This document shows positions 1-13,270 of a DNA stretch of 64,000 nt, piece by piece (position 1 is the stretch's first letter; the number at the start of each line of letters is the position of its first letter). Source of the DNA: Octopus sinensis (Eukaryota); assembly GCF_006345805.1 (NCBI RefSeq), contig NC_043000.1:19468001-19532000 (forward strand). Reading direction: 5' to 3'. Both the position numbers and the translations under genes were made by a program. The notes under the pieces were generated by a model. It was given only the letters and a program-made list of their open reading frames with translations, was not told the DNA's origin and ran no database searches.

Positions 1-594
1 CTGCGAACATAATTTCTGAATAATCCCCAAATGCAAATGAAGAATGTGAAAATGCACTGATTAAGGTTAATAACAATTAAATTGAAAATCTTTACGCTTT
101 TTTCCACAAAAATTTGAAGCAACCAAATGAGAAATTTTAATTAAGTTATGAAATACATTTATTAAATGAGAACTTATTTTTAAATCATTAGAGTGTTTTT
201 TAAAAATTGTCTTTACCATTCTCTTTTCAGTTTTGAAGAGAAATACGTGCAGATTATTCAAACACAAATTCCTATTTGGCCAGTAATCATTTCTGAACTC
301 GATTTCCCATTTGTAAATTATTTTCTCATCAAACAATATCTTAACCGTCATTGTGACGTAAATAGTCAAAATGATACGAGTTACTATAGCAACGGAACTC
401 ACTGATTTAAAAAAAAAAACATTGAAGAAAGTGTGTATCAAAATGAAATTTTTAAGGAATTCATGAGTTCATATTCTAAAATAAAATGTTGGAGCGAAAA
501 TTTGTATTTGAAAGTTGGTTTAAAACAACCAAAGAAAAATATTAAATTGAAATTGGTAAAAACTTGACTTTCTGCACACTGATAGAGGTGTTAA

Positions 595-916
595 CCCAGA
601 CCGGGCGTTGTGAGTGTTTATTGAGCGAAAACACCTAAAAAAGCTCCACGAGGCTCCGGCAGGGGATGGTGGTGATCCCTGCTGTACTCTTTCACCACAA
701 CTTTCTCTCACTCTTACTTCCTGTTTCTGTTGTACCTGTATTTCAAAGGGCCGCCTTGTCACTCTCTGTGTCACGCTGAATATCCCCGAGAACTACGTTA
801 AGGGTGCACGTGTCTGTGGAGTGCTCAGCCACTTACACGTTAATTTCACGAGCAGGCTGTTCCGTTGATTCGGATCAACCGGAACCCTCGTCGTCGTAAC
901 CGACGGAGTGCTTCCA
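595..916 (+). mobile_element. SINE family A, 5'-truncated copy
   Basis: Matches the full copies at 4171 and 8091 from CCCAGACCGGGCG to GGAGTGCTTCCA; flanks GAGGTGTTAA / GAGGCGTTAA look like a decayed TSD. Confidence 0.9.
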
Positions 917-1027
917 TGGAGGCGTTAAATTAGACAATAGAATGATATACTCATATATGTAGAAAAATAAATGAATGTATAAGAAGTAAAAAAGGAAAGA
1001 TAGGGAACAAAAGACGTATTAAATATC

Positions 1028-1255
1028 TATTTCTTTACTACCCACAAGGGGCTAAACACAGAGAGGACAAACAAGGACAGACAAACGGATTAAGTCAATT
1101 ACATCGACCCCAGTGCGTAACTAGTACTTAACTTATCGACCCCGAAAGGATGAAAGGCAAAGTTGACCTCGGCGGAATTTGAACTCAGAACGTAACGGCT
1201 GACGAAATACGGCTACGCATTTCGCCCGGCGTGCTAACGTTTCTGCCAGCTCACC
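1028..1255 (-). mobile_element. SINE family C (tail type 1, ending AAAGAAATA)
   Basis: Head GGTGAGCTGGCAGAAACGTTAG and B-box GTTCAAATTCC; flanked by direct repeat CGTATTAAATATC at 1015-1027 and 1255-1267. Confidence 0.9.
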
Positions 1256-1311
1256 GTATTAAATATCATAATTTATTCGTGATTTCATCTCTCATTATTT
1301 TCTATTCAAAA

Positions 1312-1520
1312 GCGGTGAGCTGGCAAAAGCATTAGCATGCCGAACAAAATGCTTAGCGGCATTTCGTCCGTCTTTACGTTCTGAGTTCAAATTCCGCAGA
1401 GGTCGATTTTGCCTTTCATCCTTTCAGGTTCGATAAAGTACGGCTGAGCACTGTGATCCATGTAAAAAAAACTTACTCACTTTCCTGAAATTGCTGGCCT
1501 TGTGCCAAAATTTGAAACAT
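1312..1520 (+). mobile_element. SINE family C (tail type 2, ending CCTTGTGCCAAAATTTGAAAC)
   Basis: Same head and central GACTTTGCCTTTCATCCTTTC block, different 3' tail. Confidence 0.85.
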
Positions 1521-1779
1521 TATTTACTATTTTGTAGGCGGTGAACTGGCAAAATAGTTAGAGGTCCCAGAAAAAAAGGCTTTACGCTATTTGTTCCGGC
1601 TCTTTATGTTCTAAGTCTAAATCCCGCCAAGGTCAAGTTTGACATTCAATCAAATACTGGCGTTTCGACTAATCGTCTCAAAATTGTTGGCCTTGCGCTT
1701 AAATTAGTAACCATCGTCTACTGTTCTGGATCTAACTTACTTTAAATCGATCAACCGGCACTGTTTTGGTCCTCTCGCA

Positions 1780-2560
1780 CCTGGAACCCTTCAACTTCTG
1801 TCCACCTAAGGTGATGAGGACAGAAACTGCTTGGTGGCTTGAGTGATTTTCATTTGAGACTGTCCGTAGAAATGCCACAAGCATTATAGCCTGTTTCAAG
1901 AATTACTAATAGATTATCGTATTAAGTATCAGTTAACAAGAGTACTTCAATAATTTGTATCGTTTTTACTATATAACATTAATGTTTACTGTTACACCCG
2001 TCTCGTGTGACGTGTCTAATTGCAAAACTTTACCGAGAAAGGGCACGGAATGATGGAGTGCAAGAATGTAAAAACAATAGACATAGTGTGGGAGGTGAGC
2101 TGGATGGGGGATATTTGCTAAGTCTATGATCAAGCGAAACAAACGTTTGCCGACCTCAGAGGTGAGCTGCGAACTTGGGTCATTGTACAGAATTGATTGC
2201 AAACCACAGTCGCTGTTGCTCTCCGGTAAAGATTTCAGAGCAGACATTAACTTCTGCTTGGAAGCTGTAACCAAAATATCATTGACAGGAGCTTATGCCG
2301 TTTTCATATCACCTAGGATATCTGGATACTTCAGTTGGAGCGTAGTTTGAAATATAGATACAGGTTACAGGACAGTAACCTTTGATATCAATACTTTCGT
2401 TACGGCAGAAACGTCTCCCTCAATCAATTTTGCGTTGATGCACACATAAAAGCGTTTCGCTTCGCTTGATGAACACGGGCTGTTGAGTTCCAGTGTGAGT
2501 AAATGGAGAGTGTAGAACGGTTTGTAGGCGAAATTTGGTTGGAATGTATATTTTATATTC
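1780..2560 (-). pseudogene. Degraded CRE-like non-LTR retrotransposon RT N-terminal fragment
   Basis: Minus-strand translation with stops: KLIEGDVSAVTKVLIS..TLQLKYP..SALKSLPE..ITQATKQFLSS, resembling from memory CRE RT motifs KLEEGDVRGAVRLL / L..KHP / AI.SFP / HATRQFL. Confidence 0.5.
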
Positions 2561-2611
2561 ATTATATTGTAGTATATTACTGACGTCCGTTATTGTGATA
2601 TAGTTTATGTT

Positions 2612-2916
2612 TTAAACATACATACATAGACACATACATGGACACATACATACATACTTACATACATACATACATTTATATATACATACACACATACAAA
2701 CGTACATAAATACATATGTATATATATACAACATACCTACATACATACATATGCATATAAATGTGTATGTGTATATATATGTACACGCATACACACGTAT
2801 ACATATATACACTCACGCATATATTTAAAAATGTATATATACATATATATAAATGTGTATACATATATATACATATATATATGTATATATATATATGTAT
2901 ATATGTATGTATAATA

Positions 2917-2994
<78 letters not shown>

Positions 2995-3176
2995 AGTACA
3001 CAGACATATGTATATATGTGTACACATGCATTTATATATATGTACGTTGGTGTATATATGTATACACACATTTATATACATGTGTGTATGTGCGTATGTA
3101 TGTATGTGTATATGTATTTGTGTGTATGAATCATGTATATATGTATGCATGTATGTGTGTATGTATGTTTGTATGA

Positions 3177-3207
<31 letters not shown>

Positions 3208-3368
3208 TGTATGTATGTATGTATGCATGTATGTATGTATGTATGCATGTATGTGTGTATGTATGTTTGTATGAATATGTATGTATGTATACATGTATGT
3301 ATGTATGTATGTATGTATGTATGTATGTATGTATGTATGTATGTATGTATGTATGTATGTATGTATGA
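2612..3368. repeat. Compound microsatellite (CATA)n/(TA)n/(TATG)n
   Basis: Directly visible; source of the many YI/MYVC ORFs. Confidence 0.97.
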
Positions 3369-3557
3369 ATTAGCCGAGATTTGTTGGATTCACGTAGAGT
3401 ATTTCATGTATGCGCTTAAGTATACGTCTGTTGTGTTCATTAACTTGGTTTCGCTTCCATGTTTCTGTATTATAAGATGGTAAATAAACGTATTTAAAAC
3501 CATTCGTTAATAAATTGCTTGTACTTGATCTGTTAGGTGTTTCCTTATATATTTAGA

Positions 3558-3939
3558 CTAGCAGTATCGCCCGGCGTTGCTCGGGTTTGTAAGGAAATAA
3601 CTATAAAGCAATTTTAGAGAATTATAGCCAAAAAATAGTAAAAAAATGGGAAAAAAATTATGGTAAATTTTTTTTGAGAGTTAAAAAGGTCGAGTTGCGT
3701 CCCCTAGACAGTCTGTGGTTTGTGTTTCTGATTCTCGACCCCATGTCGAGTTTATCGATTTTTTCAGAACTGGGGGAACTTTTCAAAATTTTTGCTGCGT
3801 TAGTTTTGAATTATGACATTGGGCTATGTGTGTGTCAAGTTTCATCAGAATCGGTCGAAAGCCGTGGTCAGGGTGAGGGTATAACCTAACAGACACACAG
3901 ACACGCAGACAGACAAACTGCCGTTTATATATATTTAGA
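3558..3939 (-). mobile_element. Non-autonomous Helitron
   Basis: Minus strand begins A|TCTAAATATATAT, ends CCCGAGCAACGCCGGG hairpin then CTAG|T; AT target, no TSD; 3' part shared with 52240-52628. Confidence 0.85.
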
Positions 3940-4170
3940 TAACTTGAATCCTCTTTGTCTGAGTAAAGTTTCTATAACATAACTGACGAGGTTGTTGCTG
4001 CCGGTGCGATTGTTTTTGCTGTTGCTGTTAGTGCAGTTGTTTCTGTTGCTGCTGTTGCTGCTGCAACCTAGCCAAGGCAAACACTGATCTGGTAGATTGA
4101 GATCACGGTATTCCAAATGTGGCTACTCACCCAGTTTTTCTTTTACAGATACAGTGTCTATGACATGAAT

Positions 4171-4551
4171 GGAGGCGCAATGGCCCAGTGGTTAGGGCAG
4201 CGGACTCGCGGTCATAGATCGCGGTTTCGATTCCCAGACCGGGCGTTGTGAGTGTTTATTGAGCGAAAACACCTAAAAGCTCCACGAGGCTCCGGCAGGG
4301 ATGGTGGTGATCCCTGCTGTACTCTTTCACCACAACTTTCTCTCACTCTTACTTCCTGTTTCTGTTGTACCTGTATTTCAAAGGGCCGCCCTTGTCACTC
4401 TCTGTGTCACGCTGAATATCCCCGAGAACTACGTTAAGGGTACACGTATCTGTGGAGTGCTCAGCCACTTACACGTTAATTTCACGAGCAGGCTGTTCCG
4501 TTGATCGGATCAACCGGAACCCTCGTCGTCGTAACCGACGGAGTGCTTCCA
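4171..4551 (+). mobile_element. SINE family A, full length, tRNA-derived
   Basis: A box TGGCCCAGTGG, B box GGTTTCGATTCC; TSD TATGACATGAAT at 4159-4170 and 4552-4563. Confidence 0.95.
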
Positions 4552-4571
4552 TATGACATGAATAACGTATA

Positions 4572-4602
<31 letters not shown>

Positions 4603-4837
4603 TTTATGCATGTATGTACGTTTAATTTTTAGCTACGAAGGTGATGGTTATAGCGAATACAAGATCTGTAAATCCAACGTAACATGGACGTTCTGCAAGA
4701 ACGCTATAAACTGCGGTATTCGTCTTGAGAATTCATGTCGTGTATAGACGTATTGCATCAAAAAGCACACAAAAATATGTGTGCGTGTGTATATATATAT
4801 ATATATTTACATATGCAGATATACACATACCCACCCC

Positions 4838-4894
<57 letters not shown>

Positions 4895-4998
4895 ATATAT
4901 ATACATACATATGTGTGTGTGTGTATGTCTGTGTGTGTCTGTGTGTGTCTGTGTGTTTGTGTGTGTGTGTGTGTGTATGTATATAAATATAAATATAT

Positions 4999-5390
4999 AG
5001 GTACAGGAGTGGCTGTGTGGTAAGTAGCTTTCTTACCAACCACATAGTTCTGGGTTCAGTCCCACTGCGTGGCACCTTGGGCAAGTGTCTTCTACTATAG
5101 CCTCGGGCCAACCAAAGCCTTGTGCGTGGATTTGGTAGACGGAAGCTGAAAGAAGCCCGTCGTATATATATATATGGGTGTATATGTTTCTGTCTGTGTT
5201 TGCCCCCCCCCCCAACATCGCTTGACAACCGATGGTGGTGTGTTTACGTCCCCGTAACTTAGTGGTTCGGCAAAAGAGACCGATAGACTAAGTACTAGGC
5301 TTACAAAGAATAAGTCCTGGAGTCGATTTGCTCGACTGAAGGTGGTACTCCAGCATGGCCGCAGTCAAATGACTGAAACAAGTGAAGAGT
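4999..5390 (+). mobile_element. SINE family B (tRNA head, CORE-like CCTTGGGCAAGTGTCTT, internal TA/TG microsatellite, GTAAAAGA-type tail)
   Basis: More than 12 related copies in the window; A box TGGCTGTGTGG, B box GGTTCAGTCCC. Confidence 0.92.
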
Positions 5391-6082
5391 ATGTATATTC
5401 CAAAGAGATTGTAATTAAAACTTTATTGCAAGTTTTATTCACTTGTTTCTCTCCTACGCCCCACCCTGAAATAAATTACAGCCTACTAAAATATTACCAC
5501 GCCTCACCAGTGGTGGGGGGCATCCGCCTACCCCCACCTTCAAAAGCATTGGTGTGGAAGCTCCTTCGCTGGATCTTTGATATTGTATGGATAATGCTTG
5601 ACTTACTACGATTTCAACAGTCGTTACATATCCTTCATAATTATTTCTGATTCAGTTTCAGGAGCAGCATTTGTGAGTGGAGATGGGTTAGTTGATGACA
5701 TTGACCCCAGTTCTAGACCGGTATATCATTCTGTCGAACCCCAGGAATGATAAGCATAGCTGATTCCGGCGGCTTTTGATTATATATTTAAAATATAAGG
5801 AAGTTAAAGAAATACAGCAAAATAATTATTTTGTTTCTCTAGCGATTCTGCCAGCTCACCATCTTCTATATAACTCTATAAAAATAATAAGGGGTTCAAG
5901 TTTTGACTCAAGGCCAGCAAGAGAGGGTAAGTGGATAAGTCGATTACATCAACCCCAGTCCTCAACTGGTAATTATTTTATCGACCCTGAATGGCAAAGT
6001 TAGACCTCGGTGGAATCTGAACTCCGAACGTAAAGACAGACGAAATGTCTCTATGAGTATATATATATATGTGTGTGTGTGT

Positions 6083-6121
<39 letters not shown>

Positions 6122-6136
6122 TTATATAGATATGTA

Positions 6137-6181
<45 letters not shown>

Positions 6182-7449
6182 TTATACATATGTATATTCA
6201 TATATATATACATATACACACATATATATATGCACACACATACATAATATAATACAATATAATATAGTATAAAAACCCAACTCAAAAGAATTATAATCCT
6301 ACCCAGATGTCGAAAAAGCATTGCCAACCAATCACGTCAGTAGTATATAATATTGCAAGTTGAGAAAGAAAACTGAAACGAACCACCCATTATGAAAACT
6401 CGTTTCATCTGCATGTTAATAGACTCCGACATGTTAACTGGGTATATGCAATTGTTCTTGCTTCTAGAATCAGGAGGTTTTCATCAAATTAATTCATATA
6501 GAAGCAAGCTCTTGAACAAAAAACTACTTACGAAAAAGAGAAAAATATATAACATGCATAGTTTTCCATCAAACGGAATTCACAAAGGATTTACGATTCA
6601 ATTTCAAATAAGAGGTAAAAATAATTTGATGGTTGGGATTTTGAGCTTTCACGGCATAAATTACTTTAGTTCAATCTTACTTCCCACATAAAATAAATAT
6701 CATTAGTAAACTGCTTTAAAGTATCGAGACTAATCAGAAAAGGAAGTCGTATGCATTACAACTTTTGAACATATGTTAAACTATTTTAGTACTAACTTAT
6801 TCAGTTCCACAGTTGAGAAATTCAACAGAACAATCTAGACAAAACGCTGCAGTTACGGAGTGAATTATTGTTAAGACGTAGGATTCACTGCAATTCAGAG
6901 GAAAGAAGGGGTTGTCTGTGTCTACCATCATTAGTCAATAGTAATGTTGTTAGATTTTGATAAGTTCGAATGTAAGGAGTTAAGAATCTAACGTTTCGGG
7001 GTTCTGTCTTTCGTCTGAGAGCTAGGAAAAGAGAGAAAATGAGAGTGTGAGAGTGTGAACGAGTGACAGAAAGGCGAAGGTGGTGGTGTTTTGATCGTAA
7101 ACATATGAAAAACTTATGTGAAAGATCGATGTGGAAGTCATGTCGAGAGCGTGGCGGTGTGAGAGGGTCAGAAGTCGGGGTCACGATTTTAAGTGTAGGA
7201 AAATAGATTTGGAAAGGAAAAAGTAGTGTCGTGTGTCTTCTCTAGATATTTTACCAGTGCAGATGCGACAATACTGTCTCCTTCAGTAAAACAGAATACA
7301 ACTGTAAATTTCAACGAAACAATCTTGTCTCATCCTTTCTAGCCTTGAGCAACACGCAGTCACTACAATTATATCACACAATCACAAATTATATCTTCTG
7401 ATAAGTATCTCGTATTCATTATCTCTATCTCAAAGACTTGCTCTTTCAA

Positions 7450-7680
7450 GGTCAGTAAATGCTTCAGCTCAGAACAGTTGCTTGACTCTTTACAAAGCAC
7501 AACTAACGATAACAATAGAATACTACTCTCACATCTGGAAAGTAGCTGCTGCTACACAGACGAACATACCCTCGATTGCATCTCTACACAAATTTCATCT
7601 GAGTGAGTTGCAAAAACACACAACACTTCAATGTCTAGTCCACAGATGCGCTATGCCTTCACTCTACCTTTTGTACTAAG
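7450..7680 (+). pseudogene. Jockey/CR1-group LINE RT C-terminal relic
   Basis: FSSEQLLTLYKAQL..IEYYSHIW..LQCLVHR..SLYLLY resembles LLTLYKAQIRP.LEYCSHIW..LQ.L.HRR..SL.LFY. Confidence 0.6.
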
Positions 7681-8090
7681 CATCAACCACATCAATGTCT
7701 CCAGTTACAAAGGATCTGCAAAGTTCTTAACAACTACCTCTTTTTCCTGACTAACTATAAAAAAAAAGAGCAGCTGCCTTTTTAAATTTTATTCAGCGGA
7801 GAAAAATCAAAGCTGATAACCTTGCGGAGCCTCCGAGACTGCTACGATAAAGAGAGACAAAAACAACAACTCAGTAGTTGTACACAGTTTTCACAGTAAA
7901 AGCTTTTCTTAGACTGGAAAAACAGGTTCGAATGCTTGTAACGGAGTTGACCCCACTCAAGGTATCCAAGGGTCAGCTATTAGTGTTAAAACAGGTGATG
8001 TATTAAAGCTTGAGTTTCTGCTGAATCCTTCACATCCTGATTAAGTTGAAAAAAAACGGTGTATTGCCATGCTGTGTATCAGTCTTATGT

Positions 8091-8480
8091 GGAGGCGCAA
8101 TGGCCCAGTGGTTAGGGCAGCGGACTCGCGGTCGTAGGATCGCGGTTTCGATTCCCGGACCGGGCGTTGTGAGTGTTTATTGAGCGAAAACACATAAAGC
8201 TCCACGAGGCTCCGGCAGGGGATGGTGGTGATCCCTGCTGTTCTCTTTCACCACAACTTTCTCTCACTCTTACTTCCTGTTTCTGTTGTACCTGTATTTC
8301 AAAGGGGCCGGCCTTGTCACTCTCTGTGTCACGCTGAATATCCCCGAGAACTACGTTAAGGGTACACGTGTCTGTGGAGTGCTCAGCCACTTACACGTTA
8401 ATTTCACGAGCAGGCTGTTCCGTTGATCGTATCAACCGGAACCCTCGTCGTCGTAACCGACGGAGTGCTTCCATCCATCC
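8091..8480 (+). mobile_element. SINE family A, full length with (TCCA)n tail
   Basis: TSD ATCAGTCTTATGT at 8078-8090 and 8481-8493. Confidence 0.95.
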
Positions 8481-8499
8481 ATCAGTCTTATGTATTTCA

Positions 8500-8770
8500 G
8501 AAATTAATTGTTCATTACAGATTTTCCTCTGAATTCTTTGATGTTATCCCTCTATACTGTTCTCTATCCGTCTTTCCTTCTTTTACTCTCGTCACAGTTC
8601 CTTAAATAATGCTCTTTGCAATGCTGTTAAGTATTATTACATGGCCATACGATATCAGCTTTCATTTCTTCACCGTTGTGAGAAGATCGTCATAGATCCA
8701 ATGTCTTCTTGAATAGTTTCGCCGATTTGCTCTCGTTTCTGATGTGATAAAATAGATGCTTAAGATGATG
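8500..8770 (-). pseudogene. RTE-clade LINE ORF2 C-terminal relic
   Basis: DDLLTTVKK*KL.SYGHV..SIAKSII.GTV..DNIKEF resembles RTE EDLLTTVKKRKL.WYGHV..LAKTILQGTV..DNIKEW. Confidence 0.65.
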
Positions 8771-8800
8771 TTATTTCAATGTCTGTGTCTTTCTCTGTAT

Positions 8801-9226
8801 TACTCTTTTACTCTTTTACTCTTTTACTCTTTTACTTGTTTCAGTCATTTGACTGTGGCCATGCTGGAGCACCGCCTTTAGTCGAGCAAATTGACACCAG
8901 GACTTATTCTTTGGAAGCCTAGTACTTATTCTATCGGTCTCTTTTGCCGAACTGCTAAGTTACGGGGACGTAAACAAGCCAGCATCGGTTGTCAATCGAT
9001 GTTGGGAGGACACACAAACGCACACATACATATATATATATATACATATATATACATATATACGACGGGCTTCTTTCAATTTCCGTCTACCAAATCCACT
9101 CACAAGGCTTTGGTCGGCCCGAGGCTATAGTAGAAGACACTTGCCCAAGGTGCCACGCAGTGGGACTGAACCCGGGACCGTGTGGTTGGTAAGCAAGCTA
9201 CTTACCACACAGCCACTCCTACGTCT
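8801..9226 (-). mobile_element. SINE family B with expanded (GTAAAAGA)n tail
   Basis: Reverse complement of family B; tail repeat occurs 4-5 times. Confidence 0.92.
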
Positions 9227-9896
9227 ATCTCTCCAGAGTTTAGAGAAGGCAATGTATTGCATATATACAGAAAGAATGGAGACTACTGGCTTACTCACAC
9301 AGCTACCTAATCTTGTTCCTCGTGATGATTCTATCTCTCAGGTTTGACTGCACCGTTCTCGCAAGCATCTCTCGCTTTGATGTTTTACCACTAATGATCC
9401 TCTACTCCTAACAATTTGAACTGCTGCATTGTTTTACTTTGTCTTTGGACAGAAATATCTCTTCTAGTCGCACCAGTGTTACTTTCTGCTCAAAATATTT
9501 CCACTCACTTTCACTTGCAAAACTCAAGTCAACTCAAGTGCATTTAAGACGTTTGCTCAATGTGTTATTCACTGGGATCGAACTCAATACAACGCTGTTG
9601 CATACAAAAGCTCTTTTCATCTCAGCACTGTAATCTGACGAAATACGCATTAATCATACGCTCGGTGAAAGTCTAAGATTTTTAAAAAATGCGAGGATGT
9701 GACGTTTTGAGCGTGGCTCTTCGTCAGCAGAAGGAAAGAGGAAAATGTTCGGAGAGAAAGAAAAGAATAGTCCGAGAAAAGTACGTGTGTCGTTACAACA
9801 CACACATACACACACACACGTTTTTGTTTCTCATTGTGTTCGACGTTTTTTTAGTGTCCTGTACCCATATATGCATGTATATATACATGTAGATGT

Positions 9897-10245
9897 GAAT
9901 GAATGAATGAATGAATGAGCCCCTTCGGTCAGACAATGACCATGGGTTTGCACCTAGAGAGTTACCATCTGAGGCACAAGTCTGGGCAAGGTTGTTTTTA
10001 TGGAAGACCAGCAGTCGCCCATGCATACCGGTCTCCCCTCTCCACGTCACCGATGTTGTCCAAGGGAAAGGCAAAGGGGCCGATACAGCTTGGCACCAGT
10101 GACGTCGCAACTCATTTCTACAGCTGAGTGAACTGGAGCAACGTGAAATAAAGTGTCTTGCTCAAGAACACAACACGCAGCCCGGTCCGGGATTCGAGCT
10201 CACAACCTCACGATCGTAAGCTCGACGCTCTAACCACTGAGCCAC
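9897..10245 (-). mobile_element. SINE family E (tRNA head, CORE-like CTTGAGCAAGACACTT, (TTCA)n tail)
   Basis: Other copies at 35650-35985 (+) and 50270-50580 (+); inserted in a PLE-type end whose empty version is at 10995-11120. Confidence 0.88.
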
Positions 10246-11116
10246 TGTAGGTACGTACATATATGTATGTATATATGCATATGTTTTATTTGTTAATTTG
10301 TTATTACACGACAGAACGCACACATCCATTTCTAAGTAAGTTTGTTCTTAATATTAATAATGATGCGCACTCTTAACCTTTCAGTCCCCCTCCCTTTCTC
10401 AGCCTTCCTTCTTTCTGGTGTTTCCTTTTCTTCTACCTTACTGTCTCTCCTTCCCTCTCTCTCATTCTTCATTATTTCTGGTTTTCTCTACAACCATTCT
10501 CTTTTTTCTCTCCCCTTCCCTTTCTCTTACTCCCCCACCCCTGTCCCGTCGCTGGTCAGCGATGAGGAAACTACTGTCTTTTCTGATCTTGCTTCACCCG
10601 AGTGCAGACGGCATTTTCTGTGGCTCCTTCGCCGTTCTCAAAAATAGCGTTCGTAATATTTTATCTCGTTCGGCTTAACAGCCCTTCTTGTCTGTGTTAC
10701 TGTTATTCTCCTTGCCCTGTCTTTTTCTGTTTATATTTTGTACTGTCGTTACTGTCCTGTTTTTGTTACCATTATTACCCCTCCGCTAAAAAAATCTCAA
10801 ATTTTATTTAATTTGCTTTTTGCGGGAAGGAATGTTTCAGTTGAAGTCGCGTCTCGCCTTCACCTTCGAAACACGGAGTAGATGAAACCATGGCGACTGA
10901 AGAATGGGAATTTTCTTTGTGTTATTTGTCCTGTACTCTATTTTTTCGTTGTTTAAGAAAGATGTCCAGTTCCTTGGTTTTATGTTTATGTTTTCGTTTC
11001 TCATTGTGTTCGACGTTTATTTGGTGTCCTGTACCCATATATGCATGTATATATACATGTAGATGTAGGTACGTATATATGTATGTATATATGCATATGT
11101 TTTATTTATTAATTGT

Positions 11117-11157
<41 letters not shown>

Positions 11158-11161
<4 letters not shown>

Positions 11162-11447
11162 CTAGTGGTTAGGGCAGCGGACTCACGGTCGCAGGATCGC
11201 GGTTTCGATTCCAGACCGGGCGTTGTGTGTGTTTATTGAGCGAAAACACCTAAAAGCTCCACGAGGCTCCGGCATGGGGATGGTGGTGATCCCTGCTGTA
11301 CTCTTTCACCACTCTTTCTCCCACTCTTTCTTCTGTTGGCCTGCTCGCTTAGCCAGCGGGGTGGCGTCATTCGAAGGCTAAAACAATGCGAACGCATTGT
11401 GACCAGCGATGTGTAACAAGATCTGATGGTCTGGTCGGTCACGTGAT

Positions 11448-11455
<8 letters not shown>
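11158..11455 (+). mobile_element. SINE with family A head but an alternative 3' tail
   Basis: Follows family A to about 11330, then an unrelated tail ending GGTCACGTGATCACGTGA and (TA)n. Confidence 0.8.
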
Positions 11456-11502
<47 letters not shown>

Positions 11503-11671
11503 AGCGCATGACCTGGTGGTTTGGGTGCTGCTCTGCGATCACTTCGTCATCATCAGTGAGGGAGTGAGCTAATGCGTAGCACATACATTTGATCACTATA
11601 AACAAATTATTTGTGCAGCGTGTTCAGCAAGAAATTGCAGAACCGTCTTTCTCAGGCTGCGAGAAATGCAT

Positions 11672-11733
<62 letters not shown>

Positions 11734-12174
11734 ATGCTCGAGTGTGTGCGCGTGTGCATGTATTATGGCAGGAAGGATAGCGCACCACAGTAAATGACTG
11801 ACAATAGGACCTCTACGATATGAAGTTCAGATGGGTTTGCTTTAACGTCACATGCTTACCATTTAATCAATAAGAACTTTCATCATACAAAAGGTTGACT
11901 TTGTCATGATGTCAAGAATTCTTTATCGTTTCTAATGTGATGCCAACAGACATAAAGCAATACAAATCTCTTTGAATTTCTTGCAGTAATTAGGTCGGAA
12001 TGAGTGTTGCTTATATACGGCTTCATTTCTAACTAATTAATTTGTTTACACTGGTCACATTAATTAATTATTTCATGTGCTACTGTAACCAGCCATATAC
12101 CCCCACATACAACAGTATCGCGCGTGTGTGTTTGTGTGTGTGTATGTGTGTGTGTGTAAAGACATATGTATATA

Positions 12175-12650
12175 CAGGGGTTGGACAAAATAATGGAAGC
12201 ACCTAGCATCATAATATCATAATTTTGAAATATCTATAAAGCCATCAAAAGCTTGTTTATTTTTATGTTCTTTGATTTATTATTAGTGTTGCTTAATATG
12301 TCTTGCTACAATTGCTGTTTCTTTTCAGATATCATCAGAAAAAGGTAATTAAAATTCATTAAAATGACAGATCTATCAGACTTTCAAAGGGGTCAAATTG
12401 TTGGTGCTCTTATGACAGGCGCTAGCGTAAAGAAAGCAGCCGAAATGTTTGGTGTATCAAGAAGTACTGTCTCGAAAGTAATGACAGTCTTTGAGAAAGA
12501 GGGAAAACCTCCTCGTCGAAACAAAACTCCGGTAAAAAACCAAAACTTTCAGATAGGGACCATCGGACTCTTACGCGAATTGTTAGAAAGGATCACAAAA
12601 GTACAGCTCCCAAAATTACTACAGAGCTTAATGACCACCTCGAGAACCCA
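12175..12650 (+). mobile_element. Tc1-like DNA transposon, left TIR and transposase N-terminus (frameshifted, truncated)
   Basis: TA|CAGGGGTTGGACAAAATAATGG terminus; MTDLSDFQRGQIVGA..GVSRSTVSKV then, after a frameshift, SGKKPKLSDRDHRTLTRIVRKD (paired-like HTH plus GRPR-like linker). Confidence 0.92.
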
Positions 12651-12912
12651 GTGAGTGGATTTGGTAGACGGATGTACGTATGTATTTGCTATTTGTTTCT
12701 GTGTTTGTCCTCCCACCACCACCATCACTTGACAACCGATATTGGTGTGTTTACGTCCCCGTAACTTAGCAGTTCGGCCAAAAGGATCCGATAGAATAAG
12801 TTCTTGACTTACAAAGAATAAGTCCTGGGGTCGATTTGTTCGACTAAAGGCGGTGGTCCAGCATGGCCGCAGTCAAATGACTGAAACAAGTAAAAGAATA
12901 AAAGAATAAAAG
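12650..12912 (+). mobile_element. SINE family B 3' half, directly fused to the Tc1 fragment
   Basis: Junction ACCCAGT-GAGTGGATTTGG. Confidence 0.85.
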
Positions 12913-12974
12913 AATATACATACACATACACATACATGTGTATTGCATATGTATATATGTCTTGTATTGTCTGC

Positions 12975-13030
<56 letters not shown>

Positions 13031-13210
13031 GAAAGAATGGAGTCGAACGACGATTTAACAAAATTCCTTTATTCTCGACATATGTTTCGAAGACTGCATA
13101 TTCTTAATCCGAAGGAATAAAGGGTACATTATGCCGTCTTCTGACGTAAATTTGCTACCCGGGTATCGGTTAACCGAATTATCCATACTAGGATAATTCA
13201 TTCAGCTACT

Positions 13211-13270
<60 letters not shown>

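Noticed and set aside
67-441. 124-aa minus-strand ORF and an overlapping plus-strand candidate exon (231-357)
   Set aside because: No recognisable domain; very AT-rich; both strands open; no supporting neighbours
917-924. TGGAGGCG (SINE A 5' end) right after a SINE A 3' end, suggesting circular permutation
   Set aside because: Better explained as a decayed TSD (GAGGTGTTAA / GAGGCGTTAA)
2612-3483. Many 100-185 aa ORFs rich in Y/I/H/T/M/V/C here and at 16.1, 30.7, 43.0, 44.0 and 46.8 kb
   Set aside because: Translations of (TA)n, (CA)n and (CATA)n microsatellites
11860-11935. Strong minus-strand donor GTAAGC with an upstream AG
   Set aside because: All three frames contain stops
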